From Tagaea sp. (GTDB taxonomy: Bacteria > Pseudomonadota > Alphaproteobacteria > CACIAM-22H2), in contig CBDIIB010000003.1 in the NCBI GenBank assembly GCA_965279525.1, positions 384,001-448,000 on the forward strand: a DNA stretch of 64,000 nucleotides. Reading direction: 5' to 3'. The notes beneath the pieces were generated by a model. It worked only from the letters and a program-made list of their open reading frames with translations. It was not told the origin of the DNA and searched no databases. Shown here piece after piece: positions 10,402 to 20,187 of this stretch. The position numbers and the translations under genes were made by a program. Within the stretch, counting starts at the first letter, position 1. The number at the start of each line of letters is the position of its first letter.

Positions 10402-11694
10402 TCAGAGTCCTGTTGCCTGGCGGAATCCGCGCTGGCGCGCGGCCTCCTGCCGGTAGCCGGCGGCACGAAAAGCCGCCAGGGGATCGAGTGCACCACCCTT
10501 GCGCCGCCGCGTCTCGCGGACAAGCGGGCGCATGTCGGAGCGGAAAGCGTCCTGCAGAGTCTCCTGCGCGAGCACCGGATCGTTCTGCGCGCGTGCAGCC
10601 GCCAGCGCGATCCGGTCGACTGTCAGGGCTTGGGCATAGGCGACGAGGATCGCTTCGGTCGACTGGAGCACATCTTCCATCGGGTCCTTGACGTTGTGGC
10701 TCGCGTCGATCATCAGGTCCGGCGCGTGACCTGCAAGCAGCCCATCACGTTCGGCCTCCACAAGTTCGTTGCAGATCAGGAACAGCTGGTAGGGATGGAT
10801 CGAACCCGTCGTCAGGTCGTCGTCGCCGTACTTCGAATCATTGAAGTGGAATCCGCCCAGACGGCCCTGATGGACGAGCATAGCGACGATCTGCTCGATG
10901 TTGGCGTTGGGCAAATGATGCCCGAGATCGACAAGGCAGCGTGCCTGCGGCCCGAGTGCGCGCGCGATCAATAGGCTCGTCCCCCAGTCTGGATTCACCG
11001 AGCTGTAGAAGGCCGGTTCGAAGGGCTTGTGCTCGGTATAGAGCGACCAGCCGGCGGGAAGTGAGGCATAGACCTGCGCCAGACTTTCGATCGTCCGGTC
11101 GAGAGCACCACGGAAACTGTGCTGGCCGGGGTGGTTGGTGCCGTCGGAGAGCCACACGGTGATCGCTTTGCTTCCGAGCGCCTCGCCGAGTGCGACGACG
11201 CCGAGCATGTGGTCGACCGCCCGGGAGCGGGCTTCGTCCCAGACATTGCTGACCGATCCGTAGCGGTAGCTGGCACGCGGGTCGTTGGGCGGTTCGCCAT
11301 CCTGGAAGGTGTTCGAATTGATCGGGCCGCACACGATCGCGTTCGACCGGAGGCAGTCGCGCAAGGCTGCCGGATCGTCCGGCCGGTCCCAGGGGATGTG
11401 CAGGCTGATCTCGCCGTTGGCGCGGGTGAGCCGGTCGATCGCCGCGACGTCCTCGACCTTCTGGATGACGTCGCGCGGTTCGCCGGCCTGCGTGAATCTT
11501 CCGAAGCGCGTACCGCCGGTGCCGAGCGCCCAGCTCGGCACGGCGATGCGTAGTGCCGACAGGCGCGCGATTGCCGCCTCGAACTCAACGCCGCGGCGCG
11601 CAAGCTGCCGACTGGCATGTTCGAGGTCCACCTCGTGAGCGGAACCGTCGCGGCGGGACTGGCGGTCGATCTGTTCGGTCAATCTGTCGGTCAT
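10402..11694 (-). CDS. rhaI: L-rhamnose isomerase, xylose-isomerase-like type
   Basis: PSWALGTGGTRFGRF, LHIPWD, EHKPFEPAFY, VDLGHH, GFHFNDSKYGDDDL; start at ATG 11694. Confidence 0.9.
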   Translation of the reverse strand: MTDRLTEQIDRQSRRDGSAHEVDLEHASRQLARRGVEFEAAIARLSALRIAVPSWALGTGGTRFGRFTQAGEPRDVIQKVEDVAAIDRLTRANGEISLHIPWDRPDDPAALRDCLRSNAIVCGPINSNTFQDGEPPNDPRASYRYGSVSNVWDEARSRAVDHMLGVVALGEALGSKAITVWLSDGTNHPGQHSFRGALDRTIESLAQVYASLPAGWSLYTEHKPFEPAFYSSVNPDWGTSLLIARALGPQARCLVDLGHHLPNANIEQIVAMLVHQGRLGGFHFNDSKYGDDDLTTGSIHPYQLFLICNELVEAERDGLLAGHAPDLMIDASHNVKDPMEDVLQSTEAILVAYAQALTVDRIALAAARAQNDPVLAQETLQDAFRSDMRPLVRETRRRKGGALDPLAAFRAAGYRQEAARQRGFRQATGL

Positions 11695-12725
11695 GCTGGA
11701 TCTCGACGATGGATCAACGGTGCGGTCGATCCGCGGACGATGAGTCGGGTCGGCACGATCGCCGAGGTCGGCCGGCGGCCGGTCAGTTGGGCATGGAGTG
11801 CCGATAGGGCCGCGCGCGCGATCGTCGGCACGTCCTGCGCGACCGTCGTCAGGGCCGGGTCGAACGCTTCGTCGAGCCACAGATTGTCGTATCCGACGAT
11901 GGACAGATCGTCGGGAATGCGCAGGCCTCCGCGGAGAGCCGTGGCCATGAAACCGAGAGCCATCAGGTCGCTGGCCGCGACAAGCGCCGTCGGGCGCCTG
12001 TCGAGCGCCAGCAAGGTGCGACCGACGGACTGTCCGCCAGCAAAAGTATAGGTCGTTCCGAATATCCATTCCGGGCGGCAGTCGAGACCGGCTTCGGCCA
12101 TCGCCTGGCGATAACCTTCAATGCGATCCTGGCCCGCGCCGATCTCGGCCGATGGACCCACGCAGCCGATCTCACGATGGCCGATCTCGACGAGATGCCG
12201 GACGGCCGTGACCATCGCCTCGCGTCCGTCAGAGCGGATGCTCGCGACGCCGCCGGTCAGATCGGATTGGTCGAGGATTACGGCCGGATAGCCGTCGAGT
12301 TCGGCACGCAGGTCGGGCGCCAGCGCATCGACCGACTGAAGCGGCGACATAATGACGCCGCTGACTCCGCGCCGCTTCAGGCTGCGGACCAGGCCGGGCA
12401 ACGTGTCCTCCTGGCCGGCAAGCGAGGCGACGAGAAAATTCATGCCGGCTTCGCGGAAGAGCGGCTCCATCTCGGCCAGAAGCTGGTGGAAGTAGGCATT
12501 CAAGAAGTCGTTGACGATGATCGCTACCGTTCGGGATGCCGCGCGCCCGCGCATCTGCCGGGCGGCGAACATCGGTACGTAGCCGAGGGACGCGATGACG
12601 TCTTCGATGCGCGAGCGCGTCTGTTCTGCCACAGGACCGCTGGCATTGAGCACGCGCGAAACGGTTGCCGGCGACGCGTTCGCGAGGCGGGCGACGTCCT
12701 TTATCGTGGCCTGTTTCGGGATCAT
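11691..12725 (-). CDS. LacI-family transcriptional regulator
   Basis: TIKDVARLANASPATVSRVLN HTH, LGYVP hinge, IPDDLSIVGYD. Confidence 0.93.
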   Translation of the reverse strand: MIPKQATIKDVARLANASPATVSRVLNASGPVAEQTRSRIEDVIASLGYVPMFAARQMRGRAASRTVAIIVNDFLNAYFHQLLAEMEPLFREAGMNFLVASLAGQEDTLPGLVRSLKRRGVSGVIMSPLQSVDALAPDLRAELDGYPAVILDQSDLTGGVASIRSDGREAMVTAVRHLVEIGHREIGCVGPSAEIGAGQDRIEGYRQAMAEAGLDCRPEWIFGTTYTFAGGQSVGRTLLALDRRPTALVAASDLMALGFMATALRGGLRIPDDLSIVGYDNLWLDEAFDPALTTVAQDVPTIARAALSALHAQLTGRRPTSAIVPTRLIVRGSTAPLIHRRDPA

Positions 12726-14095
12726 GCGGATGCCACCGCACGTCGCCAGCTATCGCGATGCGCCGCGATCCGTGCATCGGCGATGGGGACGGCGGTGACG
12801 AAACCCGTACCGTTGCCGCGGCGACCGCGCGCGACGAGGGCGGCACCGAGCGGTGTCCCGTCCGTCGCCGTGTCGAGATGGATGCGATCCGATGGGCGTA
12901 TCGCCGCAAGCGTGCGACCGAACAGCGGCAGACCGGCAAACGGCCCGGTGACATAAATGTCTGCGGCCGCGCCGAGGCGGTCGAGGCACCAGTCGCTGAC
13001 AAGTGCCACGTAAAGGATGGCAAGTGCTGCTCGTCCGGCCGCGTCGAGCGTGCCGTCCGCAAATACGCGGCCAGGCAGGATGCGGAACGGTCCACCTGCT
13101 GTGGCGAACGAAGGAAGCGCCGTCGCGCCTGAGGCGATGACCTGCATCAATGCCGTATCGTTGGCGAGTGGCAGCGATTCTGCCGAGACGATTGCCTCGG
13201 CCTCGCGTCCGCCCATAAAGCGGATGCTCGGCACCGAGGTGCCGTCGGGCGCGACGTTCGCAAGCATGTCTTTGGCTGGATCGAGCGTATCCACCGACCC
13301 ACCAGGGCGAAGTGCGACGAACCAGGTTCCGGTCGAAAGGATTGTCGCACTGCCGTCGCCCCGCCCGATACAGCGCCAGGCAGCGGCGTTGCTGTCGTGT
13401 ACGCCGCAATGGATCGGCAAGCCGTCTGGAAGGCCGAGGCGCCGCGCAATTCCAGGATCGAGAGTTCCGATCACATCGCCCGCCGGGCGGATCGGTGCAA
13501 AACGCGTGTCCCATCCACGCCGGGTTGCGAGCCGCGAATAGCCGCGAGTCATCGGGTTCCAAAGATCGGTGTGGCAGCCCAGGGACGATACTTCGCTCGC
13601 TGCTACCCCGGAAAATCGCCATGCCCAATACTGCGGGAACGGCACCAGATAGCGTCCGGCCGAGAAACGGGCGGGATCGACGTCTTCCATCCATGCGAGC
13701 TGCCGGCCAAGATTGAGACCGGCAGGCAGCTGTGGCGAGAGGGTTTCCGAGAAGTCCCGCACTTCGGCGCCGTAGGCGGCGGCGACATTCGCGGGCGGCT
13801 CGGCCTCGTAGTCCATAACCGGCAATGCGAGTGATCCGTCGCCGATCAGCGCTGCGGCGGCACCATGCGCGACCGGCATCACGCCGGTCGGTGCGAAGTC
13901 CTGAGCCATCTCAGAAAGCCCGTCGCACAAAGCGGCGAAAGTGTCGTCGACATCGAGATGCGGATAGGGCGGGGCGCCGCGCGCACGACAGGCGTGCCGG
14001 CGGACGAACGAGATCTGGCCGTCTTCCGCCACGCCGACGACACGCGCGGCGGACTTTCCGACGTCGAGGACCGCAAGGACGGGCTCGCGCGTCAT
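12722..14095 (-). CDS. rhaK: FGGY-family carbohydrate kinase (RhaK-like)
   Basis: LDVGKS, VAHGA, LGCHTDLW, GVHDSNA, STGTW, FMGGRE; adjacent to rhaI/rhaD. Confidence 0.8.
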   Translation of the reverse strand: MTREPVLAVLDVGKSAARVVGVAEDGQISFVRRHACRARGAPPYPHLDVDDTFAALCDGLSEMAQDFAPTGVMPVAHGAAAALIGDGSLALPVMDYEAEPPANVAAAYGAEVRDFSETLSPQLPAGLNLGRQLAWMEDVDPARFSAGRYLVPFPQYWAWRFSGVAASEVSSLGCHTDLWNPMTRGYSRLATRRGWDTRFAPIRPAGDVIGTLDPGIARRLGLPDGLPIHCGVHDSNAAAWRCIGRGDGSATILSTGTWFVALRPGGSVDTLDPAKDMLANVAPDGTSVPSIRFMGGREAEAIVSAESLPLANDTALMQVIASGATALPSFATAGGPFRILPGRVFADGTLDAAGRAALAILYVALVSDWCLDRLGAAADIYVTGPFAGLPLFGRTLAAIRPSDRIHLDTATDGTPLGAALVARGRRGNGTGFVTAVPIADARIAAHRDSWRRAVASA

Positions 14096-15774
14096 ACCAG
14101 CGCCTCTTCCCGCTTGCCCAGAAACGTGAACAGCACGACGAGCGGCAGGAAGGTCAGCAGGATCAGCACCGTGCCGAGCGCGGACGCGATACCGAAATTG
14201 GCGTTCACGACCTCATTGAAGATTTCGATGCTGAGCGTGACGGTGTTTCCCGATTGCAGGATCAGCGTGGCGCTGAGCTCGCGGATCGTGTTCGACCACG
14301 TCAACAGAACGCCGGACAGGATCGCCATCGCGAGCAGCGGCACCGTTATCTTCAGGAAGGTGCGGCCAGGACCGGCGCCGAGATTGATCGAGGCGTCCTC
14401 CGTGTCCCTTGAAAGCTGCTGCAGCATGCTGACCGACGAGCGTACCGAAAAGGGAAGGCGGCGAATGAAGAAGGCCAGAATCAGGATGGCCGACGTGCCG
14501 GTCAGGATGATCGGCGGCTCGTTGTAGGTGACGATCAGTCCGACGCCGAGCACGATGCCGGGAACCGCGTAGGAGAACATCACCACACCGTCCAGCAGTC
14601 CGCCGAGCCGGCCGGGGCGGCGGACGATGATGTAGCCGACCGCGGTTCCGACGACCGCGCACATTGTCGTCGCGACGGTCGTGTAGAAGATCGTGTTTGA
14701 AAGCGGTGTCGCGATCGTGCGGAAGATGTGGACATAGTTCCCGAGCGTGAATTCGGCGACGAGCAGCGGCCCGTTCGCCTTCAGGAACGACGAGATCACG
14801 ATATTGATGATCGGCATCAGTGCCAGTCCGACAAGCAGCAGAACGTAGGCACTGGCAAGAAGCCGTTTCAGTGGCCGCTGCTCTTGCATCGTCAGCGGCC
14901 GGATCGCGGCTGTGCCGTGTGCGTGGCGCGCGGCGAACCAGCGCTGCAGGAGCAGCGCGGCTGTCGTCACGGTCAGCAGCAGTACGGCAAGCGTGCTGGC
15001 CAGGACCGGTCGGCCGCCGAATTCGTTGACGAACTCGCCGTAGATCAGCACGGGCAGCACGCGGAACCGTTCGCCGATGATGATAGGCGTGCCGATGTCG
15101 GTGAAGGCGGCGACGAAGACGAGCAGCGCGCCGGCACTGATCGACGGAACAAGCAGCGGGAGGAGCACGGTGAAGAAGACGCGCAGTTCGCCGCTCCCGA
15201 GGTTGCGCGCGGCATCCTCTATCGACTGGTCGATCGACTTCAGCCCCGACGACACCATAAGGAATACGAACGGGAAAAACTGGAGTGTGAAGACAAGGAC
15301 GATGCCAGGCGCCCCGTAGATCGAGGGAAGGGGAATGCCGAAGTCCGCCAAAGTCGATGTGATCAGGCCGCTCCGTCCGAAGAGGATGACCCACGAGTAC
15401 GAACCGATGAAGGGTGGCGACACGAACGTCAGCACGACAGCCGCTCGCACGAAGCCACGGCCCCAGATATCATAGCGTGTGGCGAAATACGCAGCAGGCA
15501 CACCGAAAAGGACAGCCAGAACGGTTGTCGCGGCGCTGACCTGGAGACTGTTGATCAGGGTCTGGTAGTAAAAGCGCTCCGAAAAGAATGTCTTGTAGTT
15601 CGCAAGCACGCTCGACTGCGCGTCCTTGCCCGAAAGGCTGAGGCCGATGATGTTGATGACGGGCATGACCAGCAGTGCGAAGAGCGCCACGAACACCAGC
15701 GCCGTGACGACCGGCCAGAAGCCCATCCGACGCGCGAGCCAGCCGCCGGCACGACTGTGGACAGCGCTCGTCAT
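14092..15774 (-). CDS. ABC transporter permease, FbpB/AfuB-type
   Basis: 560 aa, two EAA loops (IEDAARNLG, TEDASINLG). Confidence 0.92.
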   Translation of the reverse strand: MTSAVHSRAGGWLARRMGFWPVVTALVFVALFALLVMPVINIIGLSLSGKDAQSSVLANYKTFFSERFYYQTLINSLQVSAATTVLAVLFGVPAAYFATRYDIWGRGFVRAAVVLTFVSPPFIGSYSWVILFGRSGLITSTLADFGIPLPSIYGAPGIVLVFTLQFFPFVFLMVSSGLKSIDQSIEDAARNLGSGELRVFFTVLLPLLVPSISAGALLVFVAAFTDIGTPIIIGERFRVLPVLIYGEFVNEFGGRPVLASTLAVLLLTVTTAALLLQRWFAARHAHGTAAIRPLTMQEQRPLKRLLASAYVLLLVGLALMPIINIVISSFLKANGPLLVAEFTLGNYVHIFRTIATPLSNTIFYTTVATTMCAVVGTAVGYIIVRRPGRLGGLLDGVVMFSYAVPGIVLGVGLIVTYNEPPIILTGTSAILILAFFIRRLPFSVRSSVSMLQQLSRDTEDASINLGAGPGRTFLKITVPLLAMAILSGVLLTWSNTIRELSATLILQSGNTVTLSIEIFNEVVNANFGIASALGTVLILLTFLPLVVLFTFLGKREEALV

Positions 15775-16838
15775 CGAGCTTCGACCGGAAAAAGCCAGAG
15801 TGCACCGGGCGGCAGCGAAAGGCCGACCCGGCTTCCTGGCATCGGGAGTTCCTGGCCCGCGCGGCCCGTGAGCGCCACTTGCGCGGTATGGCCGGGGGCA
15901 AGTTCGAGAACGAGGCGGATCGTTGCACCGTAGAACTGCGTGTCTGCGACCGTCGCATTCCAGCCGCCATCGATCGGGGTTCCCAGCACGAGGTCGTGGC
16001 TGCGGAACGCGATTTCGGCCTGCGGGCCAACTGCGGCGGCGCGGTCGGCGGGCACCGAAAGTCTGCCGCCGCCGGGCACTTCGTATACGGCCGCGCCAAC
16101 TCGCGTGGCGGGCAGGAAGTTACTCTCGCCGATGAAGGACGCGACAAAGCGTGTCTGCGGCCTATGGAAGATCTCGACCGGGGTGCCGACCTGCTCGACA
16201 TGACCGGCGCTCATTACGGCGACGCGATCCGACATCATCAGCGCTTCTTCCTGATCATGGGTCACATAGATCGTCGTGACCCCGATCTGGCGCTGCAGCG
16301 CCCGAATTTCACCACGCAGATGCACGCGCATTTCCGTATCGAGATTCGACAGGGGTTCGTCCATGAGCAGGACGTCCGGCTCGATCACGATCGCGCGCGC
16401 CAGCACGACGCGCTGCTGCTGTCCGCCGGAAAGCTCGCGCGGGCGGCGGTGGCCGAGATGTTCGAGCCGCATCATCGCGAGCATGCGGGCGACACGGTCG
16501 TTCACCTCGGCCTTGGGCAATCCCCGTGCGCGCAAGCCGTAAGCGATGTTGTCGATGACCGTCAGATGGGGAAAGATCGCGTAGTTCTGGAAGACCATCC
16601 CCGTATTGCGTCGGTGTGCGGGGACGTCATCGATGCAGGTATCGCCAAACAGGATGCGCCCGCCGCTCTGCGGCATGAACCCAGCGACAATGCGCAGCAG
16701 CGTGGTCTTGCCGCAGCCGCTGGAACCCAACAGCGTGAAGAACTCGCCCTTCGCGATCGATAGATCGACCTTGTCGACCGCCGTAACCTCACCGAACCTT
16801 TTGCTGACCTGCTCTATGCGGACCGAAGTCGACGCCAT
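15771..16838 (-). CDS. ABC transporter ATP-binding protein, FbpC/PotA-type
   Basis: GSSGCGKT, LSGGQQQR, MDEPLSNLD. Confidence 0.93.
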   Translation of the reverse strand: MASTSVRIEQVSKRFGEVTAVDKVDLSIAKGEFFTLLGSSGCGKTTLLRIVAGFMPQSGGRILFGDTCIDDVPAHRRNTGMVFQNYAIFPHLTVIDNIAYGLRARGLPKAEVNDRVARMLAMMRLEHLGHRRPRELSGGQQQRVVLARAIVIEPDVLLMDEPLSNLDTEMRVHLRGEIRALQRQIGVTTIYVTHDQEEALMMSDRVAVMSAGHVEQVGTPVEIFHRPQTRFVASFIGESNFLPATRVGAAVYEVPGGGRLSVPADRAAAVGPQAEIAFRSHDLVLGTPIDGGWNATVADTQFYGATIRLVLELAPGHTAQVALTGRAGQELPMPGSRVGLSLPPGALWLFPVEAR

Positions 16839-16872
16839 ACCCGTGCCTCTGAAATTGAGTCGACTGATGGAA

Positions 16873-16907
16873 TGCCGCCGCCCGGATCGCCGATCCGGGC
16901 GGCGGCA
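16873..16907. terminator. Strong stem-loop between SBP and ATPase genes (mRNA-stabilising or attenuating hairpin)
   Basis: TGCCGCCGCCCGGATCG-C-CGATCCGGGCGGCGGCA, 17-bp perfect inverted repeat just after the SBP stop; no U-tract. Confidence 0.65.
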
Positions 16908-16913
16908 AGCCGT

Positions 16914-17915
16914 TCAGCTCTGTGTCTTGATGATGATCTGCTGCATCTTGTCGAGGATTTCCTTGCGGTTCTGTGCCGCCCAGCTCTCGTCATATTCGAT
17001 GACCTTGAACTTGTCGGGTGCCAGCATCTCGGGGTGTGTCTTGACGCCCTTTACGGTTGGCCGGCGCCCGGGGAACTTCTCGGCGAGCTGGGTCTGCGCG
17101 TCGACCGTCAGCAGATAGTCGGCGAACAGCCGGGCTGCCTTCGGGTTCTGCGCTCCCTTGACGATAAACATGCCTTCCGGCTGCAGCAGCGTGCCGTCAG
17201 TCGGGTAGACAATGCCGGCATTGCCAGCGAGCACGTAGTTGAAGGCACCTTCCTCGTAGGTGACACCGATCGGATATTCGCCGCGGCCCACCTGCTGGAA
17301 AACGAGCGACGAGCGCAGCACGATGTTCATGTTGCGCGTCATGTCTTCGACGAGCTTCCATGCCGCATCGCCCTTGCCGTAGATCTGCAGCCATGTCGTC
17401 AGCGCGCCGAGCGACGAACTCGACTTCGACGGATCGGCATGTACGACCTTGCCCTTCCATTGCGGCTTGGCGAGGTCAGCCCATGTCTTCGGCGCCTGAT
17501 CGGCCGGAACGAGCTTCTTGTTGTACATGATGACCATCGTGCTGGCGCCGAACGGCGTGTTGAAGCCGGCCGGATCGACCATCTTCGGCTCGACATTCGA
17601 CATGTTCTTCGAGCGGTAGACGTCGAAGAGGTCGGGCGACGAAGACCCGGTATCGGAGAAGCCGCCCCACATGACGTCGCCGGCCGGCCGGCCGCGCTCG
17701 GCGCGGATGCGGTTGAGGAGTTCGCCGGTTCCTGCCTTGACGGTCGTTACCTTGATGCCGTTCTTCTCGCCGAACTCCTTGGTGAAATGGTCCACCATTT
17801 CCGACGGGTGCGAGGCATAGATGACGAGCTGCTTTTCGTGGTCTTGCGCCAGGGCGGCAAACGCCATGACGGAAAGTGCGCCGGCCAGCGCCAGCGTCCC
17901 GAACGATTTAATCAC
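16914..17915 (-). CDS. ABC substrate-binding protein, AfuA/FbpA-like
   Basis: GTG 17915 after GGGAGG; signal peptide; AGTGELLNRIRAE, DVMWGG, ADPSKSSS, YPTDGT. Confidence 0.88.
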   Translation of the reverse strand: MIKSFGTLALAGALSVMAFAALAQDHEKQLVIYASHPSEMVDHFTKEFGEKNGIKVTTVKAGTGELLNRIRAERGRPAGDVMWGGFSDTGSSSPDLFDVYRSKNMSNVEPKMVDPAGFNTPFGASTMVIMYNKKLVPADQAPKTWADLAKPQWKGKVVHADPSKSSSSLGALTTWLQIYGKGDAAWKLVEDMTRNMNIVLRSSLVFQQVGRGEYPIGVTYEEGAFNYVLAGNAGIVYPTDGTLLQPEGMFIVKGAQNPKAARLFADYLLTVDAQTQLAEKFPGRRPTVKGVKTHPEMLAPDKFKVIEYDESWAAQNRKEILDKMQQIIIKTQS

Positions 17916-18004
17916 CGGTTTCCTCCCGAGGCTCACGTTGAACTCGCTAAATCGCCGGATGGCGATGTTGCGGTTTGATGTGTTTTTTGTGACAATAACG
18001 TGAA

Positions 18005-18018
18005 TGGAATCGGTTCCA
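18005..18018. promoter_or_regulatory. LacI-type operator upstream of the rha/phosphatase operon
   Basis: TGGAATCGGTTCCA near-palindrome with central CG; on the minus strand it lies in the 17-bp spacer of TGGACA-N17-CACGTT. Confidence 0.65.
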
Positions 18019-18202
18019 CTGTCCAACGAATATGATTCCGCAGTGCAGCACGGCTGCCGTTCGCTCCTGCAAATTGGGAGATCCCAGATGACCCACTTGG
18101 GAATGGCTTTGTCGTGTAAAGCCGGTCGGCGAATTCACAAAAATGCGGCGATGGACTCCGGTTCTTGGCGGAACGGGGCGCCGAAGTGAAGGCACTCCTC
18201 AC

Positions 18203-18991
18203 GTGACAGGCACCGGGCTCGATGCGCGGCTGTCAGTAGCGAGCGACATCGCACTGGAAGCTGGCAGACTCGCGATGGAGTGGTGGTCGGGCCAGCGCGC
18301 GCTGGGTACCACCTTCAAGGGGCGGCACGACTTCCTGACGCAGGCGGACGGAGCGGTTGAAACTCTGATCCGCGCGCGACTCGCGGCCGCCTTTCCCGAA
18401 GACTCATTTGTCGGCGAAGAGGGCGGTGGTGCTGGCGGCGGTCGCATGTGGGTTGTCGATCCCATCGATGGGACGTCGAATTTTGCGACGGGTGTCGCCG
18501 ACTGGTGCATCTCGATAGCGTATGTGCAGGACGGGGTCCCGACGATCGGCGTGATTTTCGCGCCGGTCCTTGCCGAACTCTATGTCGGATGCATCGGGCG
18601 CGGCGCGACCAAGAACGGCACGGCTATTCGCGTCGCCGGGCCGGTGGATGTCGGCGCGGCGGTGCTTGACATCGACTGGAGCCCCTCGATTCCAAAGCCA
18701 GCATTCATCGGCCTGCTGGCGCGCGTGATGGAAGACGGGTTCGATTTCCGGCGGGCAGGATCCTGCGCGCTGGCACTGGCGCGCGTCGCCTGTGGTTCCC
18801 GGCATGGATACATCCAACTCTGGACGAAGCCGTGGGACGCGCTTGCGGGTGTTGTTCTGGTCCGCGAGGCGGGCGGCTATACGAGCCGTTTCGAGGACGG
18901 GCTCGACATTGCATGCGGGAATCCGATACTCGCATCAACGCCGGATCTCGCGCCGGCGCTTGTTCGGCTTTCCGGTATCGGGGCTGGTTAG
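18203..18991 (+). CDS. Inositol monophosphatase-family phosphatase
   Basis: DFLTQAD, GEEG, VVDPIDGTSNF, KPWDALAG; start uncertain (GTG 18203 chosen). Confidence 0.87.
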   Translation: MTGTGLDARLSVASDIALEAGRLAMEWWSGQRALGTTFKGRHDFLTQADGAVETLIRARLAAAFPEDSFVGEEGGGAGGGRMWVVDPIDGTSNFATGVADWCISIAYVQDGVPTIGVIFAPVLAELYVGCIGRGATKNGTAIRVAGPVDVGAAVLDIDWSPSIPKPAFIGLLARVMEDGFDFRRAGSCALALARVACGSRHGYIQLWTKPWDALAGVVLVREAGGYTSRFEDGLDIACGNPILASTPDLAPALVRLSGIGAG

Positions 18992-19053
18992 CGCGGCGGG
19001 CGTGGCGATGCCGATGATGCATCGCGCGCGGTGGAGGGATAGGCTTCCCGACC

Positions 19054-20076
19054 ATGGACGACGAGCGGATTCTGGGGAGGGGCGGTGGGTTCATCACTTC
19101 GCGCGATGTCGCGAGGCGCGCCGGCGTCTCTCGTTCGGCGGTATCGCGGACCTTCACGCCGGGCGCGAGCGTTTCGCCACGTATGCGCCAGCGTGTACTG
19201 AAGGCCGCCGAAGAGCTGGGCTACCGCGTCAACCGGCTGGCCCAAAGCCTGATCAGCGACCGTTCGATCCTGGTCGGTGTCCTGGTGGCAAACATGTCGG
19301 CGCCCTACATGGCGCGGCAGCTTGAGGCGCTTAGCCTCGCGCTGCTGCAGGAAGGCATGCAATGCCTGCTGCTGAACGCGGCAGCGACCGAAAGTCACGG
19401 AATTTCCGAACTGATCGAGCGAATTCTCGAGTTTCGCGTACGTGCCATTGTCGTGATGTCGGGCGCACCCCCCACTTCGATCGTCAAGGAATGCTTGGCC
19501 AACGGCGTGCGGGTCATCCTCGTCAACAAACTAATCGAAGGCGCAGTGACCGACACGATCCTGACGGATGATGCGACCGGCGCACGCCTGGCCGCCGGTC
19601 GGCTGATCGACGATGGCTGCCGGCGGCCGGCAATCATCAGCAGCGGTGCCGGCACGCATAGTCTTACGCGCCGGACCGACGCGGCGCTGGCGCGTTTCGC
19701 CGAGGCCGGCCTGTCACCCGTCGTCTGGGCAAAAGGGACGACCACTTACGAGACCGGTGCACGTGCTGCGCGCGAAACGCTGGCTGATCGCGGCGTCGAT
19801 GGTGCGTTCTGCGTCACCGACTTTCTTGCGCTTGGCTATCTGGATGCGGCGCGGGCGGAGATGGGGCGGCGTGTGCCGCAGGATCTGAGCGTCGTCGGGT
19901 TCGATGACATCCCGCAGGCGTCCTGGGACAGCTACCGGATGACGACGCTCCGCCAGCCGGTGGGGACTCTCATTGATGCAATCATGCGGGCGATCCTGCG
20001 CGATGCGACTGGCAGCAAGCCAGTCGAAGACCTGCTGCCGGTTGAACTTGTCGAGCGTTCGACGACGCGGAAATAG
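19054..20076 (+). CDS. LacI-family transcriptional regulator
   Basis: TSRDVARRAGVSRSAVSRTF HTH, LGYRVN, VPQDLSVVGFDD. Confidence 0.93.
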   Translation: MDDERILGRGGGFITSRDVARRAGVSRSAVSRTFTPGASVSPRMRQRVLKAAEELGYRVNRLAQSLISDRSILVGVLVANMSAPYMARQLEALSLALLQEGMQCLLLNAAATESHGISELIERILEFRVRAIVVMSGAPPTSIVKECLANGVRVILVNKLIEGAVTDTILTDDATGARLAAGRLIDDGCRRPAIISSGAGTHSLTRRTDAALARFAEAGLSPVVWAKGTTTYETGARAARETLADRGVDGAFCVTDFLALGYLDAARAEMGRRVPQDLSVVGFDDIPQASWDSYRMTTLRQPVGTLIDAIMRAILRDATGSKPVEDLLPVELVERSTTRK

Positions 20077-20088
20077 CGTCTCTTGCCT

Positions 20089-20110
20089 ATTTTGCACTCG
20101 TGTGCAAAAT
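20089..20110. promoter_or_regulatory. LacI-type operator upstream of the DSP-ABC-MBL operon
   Basis: ATTTTGCACTCGTGTGCAAAAT, 22-bp palindrome with one mismatched pair and central CG; overlaps TTGCCT-N17-AAAATT putative promoter. Confidence 0.75.
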
Positions 20111-20187
20111 TCCATTCGACCAAGGCGTAAGGTCGGCGTCCCGGAAGGGCGAACTGGCCGCCGACGAAATGGGAGAAGACGCACTTC

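Noticed and set aside
10402-12069. Apparent N-terminal extensions or fusions in the ORF track (rhaI, IMPase 3125-4249, livG 47968, pstA 60936, permease 53905, EEP 57357)
   Set aside because: The extensions overlap upstream genes; internal ATGs, most overlapping the upstream stop, give normal lengths.
14092-17915. Ferric iron transport annotation for the Fbp-like ABC systems
   Set aside because: No iron-related neighbours or Fur/Irr-like boxes noticed; the context is sugars and phosphatases. Not excluded without binding data.
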